This document shows, one piece after another, positions 1-14,902 of a stretch of DNA of 64,000 bases. A model generated the notes under the pieces. It saw nothing but the letters and a program-made list of their open reading frames with translations, made no database searches and had not been told where the DNA came from. Position numbers and translations under genes: made by a program. Each line of letters starts with the position of its first letter. The first letter of the stretch is position 1. This DNA is from Eledone cirrhosa (Eukaryota): positions 215,822,001 through 215,886,000 of the forward strand of contig OZ024740.1 of NCBI GenBank assembly GCA_964016885.1. The letters are read 5' to 3'.

Positions 1-67
1 GATTGGACGTTTTATTTTTATTTCATTTGCCACTAGCAGAATACAGTTAAGAATTGTGTGGCTTACA

Positions 68-112
<45 letters not shown>

Positions 113-138
113 GGCAATGTAGTTTAGAATGGTGTGGT

Positions 139-197
<59 letters not shown>

Positions 198-321
198 TAG
201 TTATACAGTTTAGAATGGTGTTGTGTAAAATATATGTGTATATTGGTAATGATTCTTCAATAATTTAGCTAGTACTGTACAGCACATTTCTCGGGTACAG
301 TCAATAAACTAGACCAACACA

Positions 322-512
322 AATAATTGTTTCTACTTTAGGCACAAGGCCAGCAATTACCCAGTGCATTACTGGTACTTTATTTTATCGACCCCGTAAG
401 GATGAAAGGTAAAGTCAACCTCGGCGGAATTTGAACTCAGATCGTAAAGGGACGTAACTATGCTGGAAAGCATGGCGTCCGACCTCTACCGATACTGCCA
501 ATCCACCTCCCT
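322..512 (-). mobile_element. tRNA-derived SINE, family 1 (octopus-type)
   Basis: Reverse strand shows A-box-like TGGCAGTATCGGT, B-box GAGTTCAAATTCC, a central GCC/ACCTTTCATCCTTACGGGGTCGATAAAATAAAGTACCAG domain and a TGCTGGCCTTGTGCCTAAAGTAGAAACAATTATT tail. Many copies in the window. Confidence 0.85.
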
Positions 513-986
513 ACCCATCGCCATCCGCTCAGAGTTGGCTACTCGTAACAGTGGAGACCTCTGGTGTCTTTGGTCCTAGGACCACCTCTCTACCCATCGC
601 CATCGGCTCAGAGTTGACTACCCGTAACAGTGGAGACCTCTGGTGTCTTTGGTCCTAGGTCCACCTCCCTACTCATCGCCATCGGCTCAGAGTTGGCTAC
701 CCGTAACAGTGGAGACCTCTGCTGTACTTGGTCCTAGGACCACCTCCCTACCCATCGCCATCGGCTCAGAGTTGGTTACCCGTAACAGTGGAGACCTCTG
801 GTGTCTTTGGTCCTAGGGCCACTTCCCTACCCATCGCCATCCGCTCAGAGTTGGTTACCTGTAACAGTGGAGACCTCTGGTGTCTTTGGTCCTAGGACCA
901 CCTCCCTACCCATCGCCATCCGCTCAGAGTTGGTTACCCGTAACAGTGGAGACCTCTGGTGTCTTTGGTCCCAGGACCACCTCCAT
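504..986 (+). repeat. 79-bp tandem repeat, ~6 copies
   Basis: CTACCCATCG-type anchor recurs at 511, 590, 669, 748, 827 and 906. A related array lies in reverse orientation at 26358-26908. Confidence 0.95.
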
Positions 987-1258
987 AGGATAATTGATAA
1001 GGTTGTGATACATATTTCAATGGCGACAGTGGCCATGCGATTCCAAATTAAAACAACAAGGGACGGACGAAGATGCTGTTCTGGAAGCCTTCACCCGTTT
1101 CCTTGTGACATAATAGAGAAGGCTTCAAGAACATCATCTTTTAACACCTGAAACTACTTCGCATTTTATTACTCTAAATATACTACGTCATTCCTATGTG
1201 GATAAATCACGTAGAGTGCTTCAATTGAATTGCATCAATATTTACCGTAAGTATACAA

Positions 1259-1674
<416 letters not shown>

Positions 1675-2312
1675 GAAAAGGGTAGAAGAACCTCTTAGTT
1701 CTTGCACTATCACAAAGATGTTCAGTTAACGGATTGCTATCTTTTCCTGGCCAGTGAGGTAAAAATAATGAAATGTCAGCAGAAGTGCTATAGTCTAAAT
1801 TAAACTCTCTGTGAAAATAACACTGGTCAAATTACAAACTTCTAGCAACGATCTTTCCTCAAATGTCTGAGTAGACCAGTCAGAACATTTTCCGAAAACT
1901 GCTTCAGTTTTCCTTCCTGTGAGTATAATATTTATTTTCATTTTGTTTGTGTTAAGATATGGTTACTGACTAAGCTCTTCCTGGTGAATAAAGGAAAAAT
2001 AGTTCAGAGTTAAACTTTAGAAAGTTCATAGAAAAGAGTTGCAAAGTTTTGCATATCTTTTTCTTTTGTTCGTACTTTGGCAGTTCAACAGTTTCCACCT
2101 TTAGTTTTATTGTTTTATTCAATTTTATCACATTGGGTGTGAGGTGGGAAGTGGTGATACAATTTTCAGGAACATTTGAGAAAAAGCCTGGGAGGGATTC
2201 CTAAGAGAGCATTAGTGAGGCTCTGATATGTTTATTGTGCATAAACATATGGTATATATGCTTTCATATACAGCTCTATTATACATAGATACATACATGT
2301 TGAATGTGAAAA

Positions 2313-2465
2313 ATAATGGTTCCTGATTTAGGCACAAGGCTAATAATTTTGGGGGAGGAGACATTCGTTTAAATCGATCCCAGTGTGTTACTGGTACTTT
2401 AATTTATCGACCCCTTAAATATGAAAGGGAAAGCTAACTTCAGTGGGATTTGAAATCAGAATGAT
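2313..2465 (-). mobile_element. SINE family 1 fragment
   Basis: TTTAGGCACAAGGC...CTGGTACTTTAATTTATCGACCCC...GGATTTGAAATCAGA. Confidence 0.75.
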
Positions 2466-2574
2466 TGAAGAAAAATAAAAATAAAATGCGAAAATGGGAA
2501 ACAACATATTTAATAACATTATAAATTATTTATAATTCTTACAAAATGAAAATGGACATAAATAATAAATATAT

Positions 2575-2805
2575 ATATTTAATTTGTTGGAAATACGACA
2601 AATATAAATGTTTATAACTGATTCAGAGCACTCGACAAATTTCTGGAGTAAATATTCAATGATATTAAATAAATGGAAACTATATTTATAAAACCATATT
2701 TATTCTATTATATATATTTCTTGACTACCCAAGAAAATTCAACTGATAAGGTATGATTTCCTTAGCTATGTCAAAATTTATAAAACACTCTTTGTATATT
2801 AATAT

Positions 2806-2867
<62 letters not shown>

Positions 2868-3208
2868 ATATTAAATAAATGGAAACTATATTTATAAAAC
2901 CATATTTATTCTATTATATATATTTTAAGAGTACCAAAAAAACTTTGGTACGCTTTCATCAGATAAAATACAAAGAGTGTTTTATAAATTTTGACATAGC
3001 TAAGGAAGTCATACCTTATCAGTTGAATTTTCTTGGGTAGTCATGAAATATATATAATAAAATAAATATGGTTTTATAAATATAGTTTCCATTTATTTAA
3101 TATCATTGAATATTTTGTTTACTCCAGAAATTTGTCGAGTGCTCTGAATCAGTTATAAACATTTATATTTGTTGTATTTCCAACAAATTAAATATCCCTT
3201 CTACTTAT
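2575..3208. mobile_element. Nested palindrome+tail element, family C
   Basis: ~2577-2795 is the reverse complement of ~2971-3195. 2862-2925 inverts to ~3045-3110. A degenerate hammerhead (CTGATGA...AAAATATATATA) lies on the minus strand at ~2905-2970. Confidence 0.75.
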
Positions 3209-3638
3209 AATATATATATATATCGAAGTTGAAGCCTTAATATAACTGATACTAATCGAATTGTTTGAGGCAGTTACAAAGCACTCAATGGTTTGAAAAT
3301 GTAATGCATTTTCGTCCAGAGTGAATACAAAGTTACACACACACACACACACACACACACGCGCGCGCGCGCGTGTGTGTGTGTGTGTGTGTGCGTGTGT
3401 GTGCGTTTGCGTGTGTGTGAAATACGGCCGTCACTTTCGTTCGAGGGTGACAGGGTAGCATAAGCCATGTATTTAGCAGTGGTTTTAGGTGTTATATACA
3501 TACAACATAGTCTCGACATTTCCGCCATTGATCCAATGAAGTATTCTAGATGTAAGAGATACAGAGGTGCAAGCTAAGAAAAGAAAGTAGAACTCGGCTG
3601 GAATATCGGAGTGTATCATATCCAACGCTCAGGCGACG

Positions 3639-3677
<39 letters not shown>

Positions 3678-3680
<3 letters not shown>

Positions 3681-3972
3681 TAAAAAAACGAAAAATCAGT
3701 GATGCATCTGGACTCAGTTTATTGCGTGTAACAATTGTTTCGCCGGCAGGTAGCTCGAGACATGATCACTGTATGGATCTGGCTGATCCATACAGTGATC
3801 ATGTCTCGAGCTACCTGCCGGCGAAACAATTGTTACACGCAATAAACTGAGTCCAGATGCATCACTGATTTTTCGTTTTTTTTAATACTATTCACACTCT
3901 GCTTGTATGAATATTATGTGCTAATTTTGGCATACCGCCTATGGAAGCACCATAGCTACCATTATACACACG
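3678..3972 (+). mobile_element. Palindrome+tail element, family B
   Basis: Near-perfect ~100-bp arms (3681-3779 / 3785-3884), a GAAACAATTGT hammerhead half and a tail to ~3972. Relatives at 9477-9826 and 39781-40028. Confidence 0.8.
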
Positions 3973-3994
3973 TATATATATATATATATATATA

Positions 3995-4180
3995 TAGGAA
4001 AATGTTTAACCCCGACGGCAGAGCTCAAGCCGTTTCGACAGCTATCTCTGGACCGTCGAAACGGCTTGAGCTCTGCCGTCGGGGTTAAACATTTTCCTAT
4101 TACCCACTCTTCTACCCTAAGTATTGAGTACTCTGGTGCCTTATGGTCCATCTGGTTTCTTACCACACCTCCTTCGTTAT
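3995..4180 (+). mobile_element. Palindrome+tail element, family A
   Basis: ATAGGAAAATG...GCCGTTTCGAC / GTCGAAACGGC...CATTTTCCTAT arms plus an ~80-bp tail, set in (TA)n. Five full copies in the window. Confidence 0.85.
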
Positions 4181-4245
4181 ATATATATATATATACATGT
4201 GTGTGTATATATGTATGTATGTATGTGTGTGTGTATATATATGCG

Positions 4246-4308
<63 letters not shown>

Positions 4309-4322
4309 ATATATATATGTAG

Positions 4323-4373
<51 letters not shown>

Positions 4374-4410
4374 CTCAGCCGGATGGCTGGGACAGGTAAA
4401 AGAGTAATAC

Positions 4411-4452
<42 letters not shown>

Positions 4453-4582
4453 ATATATATATATAAGTATGTATGTATATATATAAGTGTATATATATAT
4501 AACTATGAATGTATATATATAAGTGTATATATATACATATGTATGTATATATAAGTGTATATATATATATATATATATATAT

Positions 4583-4789
4583 CACATCTCATTTTGTTTG
4601 ACCCGTTTAGCTTGTTCGCTTTTTTGGCTATGGTGGCTATGGCTTCTTAACCATCGTCTCAGCGTGTGTGACCATTTTAACTTATGTTTATAGCTCTGCT
4701 ATCCTCTTCATGTGCATGGAGCGCTTGTCTGCACAATATGGAAGTTGCGTTTCGCTAATTTCTACCCTCCGAAATGCGATTCTCGCTAA

Positions 4790-4793
<4 letters not shown>
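4583..4793. repeat. Dispersed ~210-240 bp repeat, family E
   Basis: Its reverse complement aligns with 8605-8848 (TTCAGCGAGAATCGCATTTCGG...AAGCTAAAC.GGTCAAA.CAAAATGA). End fragments at ~7068-7100 and ~51560-51595. Confidence 0.7.
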
Positions 4794-4826
<33 letters not shown>

Positions 4827-4898
4827 TATTATCCACTGAATTATTTTTGTATAAGTTCCCTGTGTCCACGCATCGCCTGGTAACTTAGCTGAGAACAG

Positions 4899-4980
4899 AC
4901 TTCCTGATGACGAAAGGTTTCTCCATGCTTTCCATTCGGAAACCATGTTTATTCCTTCTCAGAAACTAATTAGTTGGAGT
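4899..4980 (+). ncRNA. Type I hammerhead ribozyme motif with enlarged stem II
   Basis: ACTTC-CTGATGA-[~50 nt]-GAA-ACTAATTAGT-T-GGAGT, with a palindromic stem III. It lies in a repeat (4821-5150) homologous to 5590-5938. Confidence 0.7.
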
Positions 4981-5145
4981 GAAATTTTAGTAAGTAAGTT
5001 AATTTTTATAATTTTCTTATTTTACGTCTTTCATATAATTGTTCTGCATCCCCTTGCATTGAACCACAAAGTTACTAAGACAAAACCTATATATTTGCTC
5101 GCATAGGTATGCATCTGTATATATATGTTGGTAGATATACTAATT

Positions 5146-6044
<899 letters not shown>

Positions 6045-6121
6045 GTATACACATGTCTGTGCGCGTCTGTACACCTATGTCTGCATGTCTATGTTGTTGA
6101 TTTTCTACACCCTACAATTAT

Positions 6122-6345
6122 TTTCATGCTTTCGCAATCTTCAGGTTCATAATGTGTGGTGACAGTCAAGTTTGCAACCACACATTATGAACCTGAAGAT
6201 TGCGAAAGCATGAAAGTACTTGTTCAATTAACACTTAACATTTAATATTCTACCATACTATTTCATTCTAATACCATTATAAATTTTAAAGGATTGTAAA
6301 TAAAACGAGTAAATCAGACAAAGTTGGAATTCCTTTTATTAATAT
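6122..6345 (+). mobile_element. Palindrome+tail element with minimal hammerhead
   Basis: Arms 6122-6160 / 6177-6215. A near-identical reverse copy lies at 35207-35398. Confidence 0.75.
6188..6226 (+). ncRNA. Minimal type I hammerhead ribozyme
   Basis: TGAAC-CTGAAGA-tTGC(GAAA)GCAt-GAA-AGTACT-T-GTTCA: perfect stem I, GNRA-capped stem II and palindromic stem III. Confidence 0.8.
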
Positions 6346-6415
6346 ATATATATATATATATATACATAAATGTATATACACATGTATATATATATATACA
6401 CACACACAGACACAC

Positions 6416-6493
<78 letters not shown>

Positions 6494-6963
6494 CTAGCAG
6501 TGGTACCCGGCGTTGCACGGAATAAGGTATTTTGGAACGCGGGCCGCCAACAGACCTAAGTGTGTAAAAACTGCATGCCTGGACAATATATGAAGAAAAT
6601 AAACCTAATACTCTGATGGCTGGATAATCTTTAAGATTTTCCTCGATGAAGCAGGAAAAATGCAGGTTTTCACCTAATGCGGGCCCTAGGGATCAAGAAA
6701 ATGAATTTTTTTTATGTGCATAATATGCCTTGAAATTTCGGGAAAATCTGCTAGACGTAACGCCTCCAAAAAGCCCTAAAAAGCTGAAAAAATGAAGTTT
6801 TTTACCTAATGCGGGCCCTAGGCCATAAAAAAGTTGGGTTTTCTTTGCTCACGGTATGAAGAAGAGACTGACTAATACATAGTTACAATTTCAAGGAAAT
6901 CAGTCTGACGTAACGCCTAAACCCCCCTCCCCCTAAAAAAACTCAGTTTTATATATATATAGA
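6494..6963 (-). mobile_element. Non-autonomous Helitron
   Basis: Minus strand begins A|TCTATATATATATAAAACTGAG and ends with the hairpin CCGTGCAACGCCGG followed by CTGCTAG|T. The 3' terminus matches 46303-46331. Confidence 0.7.
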
Positions 6964-7099
6964 TATATACATTTATGTATATATATATAATATATATATA
7001 TAATATGTATATATGTAATATATATATATACATTTATGTATATATATATATATATATATATAAATATATATTCAGCGAAAATTGTATTTCGGCTGGTAG

Positions 7100-7139
<40 letters not shown>

Positions 7140-7171
7140 ATACATGTGTATATACACTTATACATATGTGG

Positions 7172-7202
<31 letters not shown>

Positions 7203-7204
7203 CG

Positions 7205-7890
7205 TGCTGCGAAAACTGAGACACACGTCGCCCCAAGGAAGTCTGCACAGTGCACTCTACTTGTGGATGGTGTTCCACTGAAGCAGGTGAAGAATTTCAA
7301 GTATCTCAGGGCCGTGTTCACAAGTGATGGAAGCAAGGGGGCTGAATTAAGTGCATCAATTGCAGGAGCTGGTGCAGTAATGTGCCAGCTTCAGCATTCG
7401 GTAATCAGAAGGGAGGTAGGTGTAAAAGCCAAACTTGCTATCTTCATTTTGGTATTCGTGCCAACCCTTGCCTATGGTCATGAATCTTGGGTAATGACCG
7501 AAAGAATACGCTCGCGAATATAAGTGGCCGAAATGGGGTTCATTTAAAAGGTCTTTGGAGTAACGTTACTCGATAAAGGGCATAGCTCAGGGATCAGAGA
7601 GTCACTCCAGGTAGAACCACTACTTCTCCGAATTGAGTGATCACAGCTCCGATACTATGGGCTAGTGGTTAGAATGTCTCAGGAAAGAATCGCTGGACAG
7701 TTTTTTACGGGCAAAACCAACTGGTAGGAGACCCAGGTGTACACCTCAAGCAAAATGGTTGGATAACATCCGTGAGCTTGGCTGGTCATGCTAGGGAATC
7801 CAGTTGGATCAGTTGGAGAGGGACGCTTCTGACAGGACCCACTGGAAACAGTGTTTGATGACGACCCTCTCAGGAATAAGTCGGCGAGGA
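7205..7890 (+). pseudogene. RTE-clade (Rex3/Expander-like) LINE, 3' RT/thumb fragment
   Basis: LKQVKNFKYL..FTSDG, AKLAIF...VPTLAYGHESWVMTERIRSRI*VAEMGF, IRESLQVEPLLLRIE*SQLR, with internal stops. Confidence 0.85.
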
Positions 7891-7981
7891 ATATATATAT
7901 ACAAACATATTTAATATATTTATATATATTTATCACACACGCACACACACACACACGCGCACACACACGCACACACACACG

Positions 7982-8046
<65 letters not shown>

Positions 8047-8175
8047 GTATGTATGTATATATATGTACATATAATATATATGTATATACATATATTATAT
8101 ACATATTATATATATATTTGTATATATAAATATTATACATATTTATATATACATACATACGTATATATATATATA

Positions 8176-8300
8176 TATTTATTAAAATAACAGATTAAAG
8201 TTTAAGCAAAGAATCGCTGCTTTCACCCTTAACGGGATCTTCTGAAATAGATATCAGGGTGGGGTTCCTCTGGTAGGAGTGAAAAGGACCTGGATTGAAT
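8176..8300 (-). repeat. Dispersed repeat with hammerhead-like CAGAAGA-stem-GAAA
   Basis: ~70 bp match in reverse orientation to 34968-35038. Confidence 0.55.
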
Positions 8301-8388
8301 ATATATGTATACATATATATATATTTTTTTATATATATATACATACATACACACACATATATATATATATATATATGTAGTAAGAGAG

Positions 8389-8425
<37 letters not shown>

Positions 8426-8427
8426 CA

Positions 8428-8596
8428 AAACGAAGGAGATGTGGTAAGGAACCAGGTGGACCATAACTCACCAAAGTACTCAATACTTAGGGTAGTAGAG
8501 TGGGTAATAGGAACCAGTAAGACACCGACGGCTGAGCTCAAGCCGTTTCGTCGAAACGGCTTGAGCTCAGCCGTCGGGGTCTTACTGGTTCCTATA
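8428..8596 (-). mobile_element. Palindrome+tail element, family A
   Basis: Arms meet at GCCGTTTCG-T-CGAAACGGC and the tail lies on the left. Flanked by (TA)n. Confidence 0.85.
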
Positions 8597-8604
8597 TATA
8601 TACA

Positions 8605-8843
8605 AATAAAGATTCAGCGAGAATCGCATTTCGGCGGACAGGAAAAGCGAAGCGAAACGCAAAAATCAGAAATGATACTAGCAAAGTGCTCAATACTTAA
8701 AAACCAGAGCTAAACAAGGTGTTAAGAAGCCATACATAACTGAAAAGGTTGTCAAGAAGGCATTAACCACCCAAGCCAAAAACCAAATCAAGCTAAACAG
8801 GTCAAAACAAAATGAATGATAAAAAATAAATGATAACCAGACC

Positions 8844-8848
<5 letters not shown>
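8605..8848. repeat. Dispersed repeat, family E
   Basis: Homologous to the reverse complement of 4583-4793. Confidence 0.7.
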
Positions 8849-8898
<50 letters not shown>

Positions 8899-8903
<5 letters not shown>

Positions 8904-9068
8904 AATTAAGTTAAACATGTACATCCGCATATGTATACTGAAATACTAGTATGCATATTTCAGTATACATATGCGGATGTACATTTTTAACTTAATTGTT
9001 TAAGCGTCAGTCATACAAAAGTGAGTTACAAACGAAACGAAATTTAATTTCGTTTCGTTATTTGTTTT
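8899..9068 (+). mobile_element. Palindrome+tail element
   Basis: Arms ~8899-8945 / ~8956-9002. The tail has a second small hairpin (ACGAAACGAAATT/AATTTCGTTTCGT). Confidence 0.6.
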
Positions 9069-9084
9069 TATATATATATATATA

Positions 9085-9425
9085 TATTAAAATATAAGTA
9101 TTAATAAAATAGATGTTCTTTTGATCAATTACATTTTATTATACATATTTCGGTTGTACAACACTACGTCCTCATCAGACAAAATATAATGATACATGAC
9201 ATACCCTGAGATGTTAAATAGTTAAGATTTAATCAAGGTACTACGTACTGTTCTACATCCGAAATATGTATAATAAAATGTAATTGATCAATAGAACATC
9301 TATTTTATTAATACTTATATTTTAATATTAATAACTCCTGAAAATTATTTACCGTTGAGTGCTTCCAATCTACTGTAAAACTCATTCTTTGACATAATCA
9401 TCGAATATTGTTTACCAACTTAATA

Positions 9426-9428
<3 letters not shown>
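9085..9428 (+). mobile_element. Palindrome+tail element with hammerhead in the inverted arm
   Basis: Arms ~9085-9153 / ~9259-9327. Minus-strand TTTTGT-CTGATGA-GG...CC-GAA-ATATGTAT-A-ATAAAA at 9134-9184. Confidence 0.8.
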
Positions 9429-9476
<48 letters not shown>

Positions 9477-9821
9477 CTGATGGTAGCTAAGGTGCTTCCA
9501 TAGGCGGTATGCCGGTTGAGCATTCTATGCTCTTACAGAGTAGAGTATGATATAATCGAAAACGAAAAATCAGTGATGCAGCTGAACTCAATTTATTTTG
9601 TGTTACAATTGTTTCGCCGGCGGACAGCTCGAGACGTCAACATTATGTGGATCTGTTTGATTCTGGACCCGCAGGGTCTAAATCATTAGACATGTCTGTC
9701 GAACCTGCGGGTCCAGAATCAAACAGAACCACACAATGATCACGTCTCGAGCTGTCCGCCGGCGAAACAATTGTAACACACAATAAATTGAGTTCAGCTG
9801 CATCACTGATTTTTCGTTTTC

Positions 9822-9826
<5 letters not shown>
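9477..9826 (-). mobile_element. Palindrome+tail element, family B
   Basis: Arms ~9552-9675 / ~9704-9826. Minus strand carries CTAATGA...GAAACAATTGTA. The tail matches 3890-3965. Confidence 0.8.
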
Positions 9827-9856
<30 letters not shown>

Positions 9857-9861
<5 letters not shown>

Positions 9862-10061
9862 GTGGTTACACAACAGTTAGTTCACCATACCGAGAACAAT
9901 TGTTTCACCTTCGCAGATCTTCAGCTCGGGATGTATAGATCCGCGAAGATGAAACAATTGTTCTCGGTATGGTGAACTAACTGTTGTGTAACCACTTCTA
10001 TCAAACTCGTCCCTTGGACTGAGTGCTCTACCACTACGGATATTACCTTCCAGTGTTCCAC

Positions 10062-10066
<5 letters not shown>
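9857..10066 (+). mobile_element. Palindrome+tail element with complete hammerhead
   Basis: Arms 9857-9920 / ~9937-10001. Minus-strand CATCCCGAG-CTGAAGA-tct(gcga)aggt-GAA-ACAATTGT-T-CTCGGTATG at 9886-9933. Confidence 0.85.
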
Positions 10067-10096
<30 letters not shown>

Positions 10097-10100
<4 letters not shown>

Positions 10101-10288
10101 AACCAGTAAGACCCCGACAGCTGAGCTCAAGCCGTTTCGACGGCTAATTCTCAGAATTAGCCGTCGAAACGGCTTGAGCTCAGCTGTCGGGGTCTTACTG
10201 GTTCCTATTACCCACTCTACTACCTCAAGTATTGAGTACTTTGGTGCGTTATGGTCCACCTGGTTCCTTACCACATTTCCTTCGTTAT
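10097..10288 (+). mobile_element. Palindrome+tail element, family A
   Basis: Near-perfect ~55-bp arms plus tail, set in (TA)n. Confidence 0.85.
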
Positions 10289-10517
10289 ATATATATATAT
10301 ATATATATATGTACATATACATTCATATATATGAGTGTGTGTACAATATATGTTATATATAAATGTACATATATATGTATAGATATGTTTATATATATGT
10401 ATGTATATGTATATATATATATTCTTCATCTTCATTCCCAAGCGTGCACCTCATAAGACCGACTTTTTGCATGTTTCGTTTATTCTTGACCTATATAATA
10501 TATTATATAAATAAAAA

Positions 10518-10587
<70 letters not shown>

Positions 10588-10589
<2 letters not shown>

Positions 10590-10938
10590 TATTGAAGTGA
10601 AGAGTGCTCTATGTAAGTTACAGAGCTAAATTTAATGTATAATAAACAATACAATACACATTGTATATCATGACTCATACACTATTCACTTCCCTGACAT
10701 TTGTATATTATTCTATGTACTATACATGCACCTTTGACGAGTTGTAGTGCACCTGAGCACTTTACACAATAATTTCATTATTATTATAATTACCTCATTA
10801 CCAGAGGCTTCCCGAATAAGACGAATACAAGAAACGTCTTCATTCGTTCGCCAGACAAGGCAATTTAAAATATACTATGTTTTAAATTGCATTGTCTGAC
10901 GAACGAATGAGGTAATTATATTGTATTGTTTATTATAC

Positions 10939-10942
<4 letters not shown>
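10588..10942 (-). mobile_element. Complex palindrome+tail element
   Basis: 10633-10656 inverts to 10919-10942. Internal hairpins carry CTGRCGA motifs. The tail is related to ~24355-24410. Confidence 0.55.
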
Positions 10943-10993
<51 letters not shown>

Positions 10994-11090
10994 ATATTGT
11001 TGTAATATTGCTAGAAATAATAACAGAACATCCTATCCAAGTTTCACTATATTCGTTTCGACACACGATTTCATATCAAAAACCTTGCAA

Positions 11091-11154
<64 letters not shown>

Positions 11155-11246
11155 GAAACAGTTCTAGTCCTGTAGAAATCATTTCTATATCAAATATTGT
11201 ATATATTCTTTATTGAGTAACTGACTTACTGTGGTTACCCGCGATT

Positions 11247-11353
<107 letters not shown>

Positions 11354-11520
11354 GATCAAGGGGTTCTGTATCGTACGTTTGTATATATTTTTATAAAATA
11401 ACTTTTTAAGGTTTCTCCTTAAAAAATTGTTTTTCATTTCGTTTTGTTTCCGTTCGTTGCTTTGTCAATCTTTGTTAATTTTCTTAAGTTTATATACATA
11501 CATGCATACTTATATGTATA

Positions 11521-11611
<91 letters not shown>

Positions 11612-11614
11612 GAT

Positions 11615-11830
11615 AGTAAACAAATGGAAACTATATTTATAAAACCATATTTATTTCATTATACATATTTCAGGGATACCATATTAAAAATATGGCATGC
11701 CTTCGTCAGATAAAAAACAATATATAAATACAATATATAAATACAATATATAAATACAATATATCTACTCCCAAAACTTGTCGAGCGCTTTATATCGGTT
11801 ATAAAATATTTACTTGTTGTAACCCAACAA
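11615..11830. mobile_element. Family C element with complete hammerhead on the minus strand
   Basis: TTTTAT-CTGACGA-AGGcATGCCATATT..AATATGGTATcCCT-GAA-ATATGTAT-A-ATGAAA at 11654-11715. The tail matches 22610-22690. Confidence 0.75.
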
Positions 11831-11846
11831 TTTAAAATAAAACTTT

Positions 11847-11967
<121 letters not shown>

Positions 11968-12269
11968 CCACACAAATAGCAGCATAGCGCTAAACGTTCC
12001 CACCACATAGTACACTTGTAATGATTTCTCGAAGAGCGTGCGAGTTCTGCCTGAAGGTGGGTGTAGAAATATTCAGGAAGCATTTTCCCGTTGATATCCA
12101 AGATCTTGACCAGCATCACTGCAAGAAAGAGAAATGAGGGCACTAATGTCAAGTTCCTTTATTCCTTAACAATCAACCAAGGAAGAAATCGCGGTAGGAA
12201 TTGTCGCCATCCAGCAGGGCACAGCCCGTAGGTTACAGTCACCATTGTAGTTGAATATAATAGATACAC

Positions 12270-13812
<1,543 letters not shown>

Positions 13813-14040
13813 TATATTATGGAATACTGCTGGCTTTTTGCTACAATATTTACTATACCTTTCATTTATATATATATATATATATAAATTTCTAGTTGAT
13901 ATAAAATGCTCGGATCGATTCATTGGATTATTGGGGCATATTCTACAGTGGATATGGCGCATGTCTCTCTGACATGACACTCTTAATTTAAATTCAGATA
14001 TAGATACGGCCCCTTAATTGTAGAGCTAACTCAGTTAAAA

Positions 14041-14080
14041 GGATTTCTGATGAAAGACTAGCGTCCGAAACGTTAAGACC
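14041..14080 (+). ncRNA. Minimal hammerhead-like motif
   Basis: GGATTT-CTGATGA-aaGAC(TAGC)GTCc-GAA-ACGT-T-AAGACC. Confidence 0.55.
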
Positions 14081-14161
14081 CTCTTCCTGCTATATCAAGC
14101 GTTAACCTAATATATACCTTCCATATACTGTACGGATTGTGTTGTTATTTATGTTTACCTG

Positions 14162-14203
<42 letters not shown>

Positions 14204-14213
14204 ACACACACGC

Positions 14214-14291
<78 letters not shown>

Positions 14292-14297
<6 letters not shown>

Positions 14298-14701
14298 TGG
14301 TAAACGGAATAGAAAATGCTGACAAATTGTTCACAGTGAAAAATAGTTTAATTAGGAATAAGTGATAATTAGTAATAGTATTGGTTAGTATTAAGTTTTG
14401 GTTTTAAGTTTTACCGGTTGCGCATTTCTAATGCTTTTCAAAAATAATTTTGAGATAGAGCGTCCGTGATGTTTGCTCTGATCTGAGCAAACATCACGGA
14501 CGCTCTATCTCAAAATTATTTTTGAAAAGCATTAGAAATGCGCAACCGGTAAAACTTAAAACCAAAACTTAATACTAACCAATACTATTACTAATTATCA
14601 CTTATTCCTAATTAAACTATTTTTCACTGTGAACAATTTGTCAGCATTTTCTATTCCGTTTACCAATATATCATAACTTGTGTGTTACACCTCTATTCTT
14701 T

Positions 14702-14705
<4 letters not shown>
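14292..14705 (+). mobile_element. Perfect ~185-bp-arm palindrome plus ~35-bp tail
   Basis: 14292-14478 is the reverse complement of 14485-14671 with a 6-nt loop. Flanked by (TA)n. Confidence 0.85.
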
Positions 14706-14791
<86 letters not shown>

Positions 14792-14902
14792 ATGACAAAG
14801 AAGGTCAATTAGGAAGAAGAGAATGTAGGAGATAGTATGGTACTATATATATAACTGTACAATAGTATGGTACTATATATCTTATCTTGTGTGTGTGTTG
14901 AT

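Noticed and set aside
1675-1926. Possible host exon ending at CT|GTGAGT
   Set aside because: No convincing acceptor, ORF or recognisable peptide.
3678-3890. Pre-miRNA or Tc1/mariner MITE interpretation of the hairpins
   Set aside because: The one-sided conserved tails, variable apex and hammerhead halves fit PLE pLTRs better. The TA flanks are microsatellites rather than demonstrable 2-bp TSDs.
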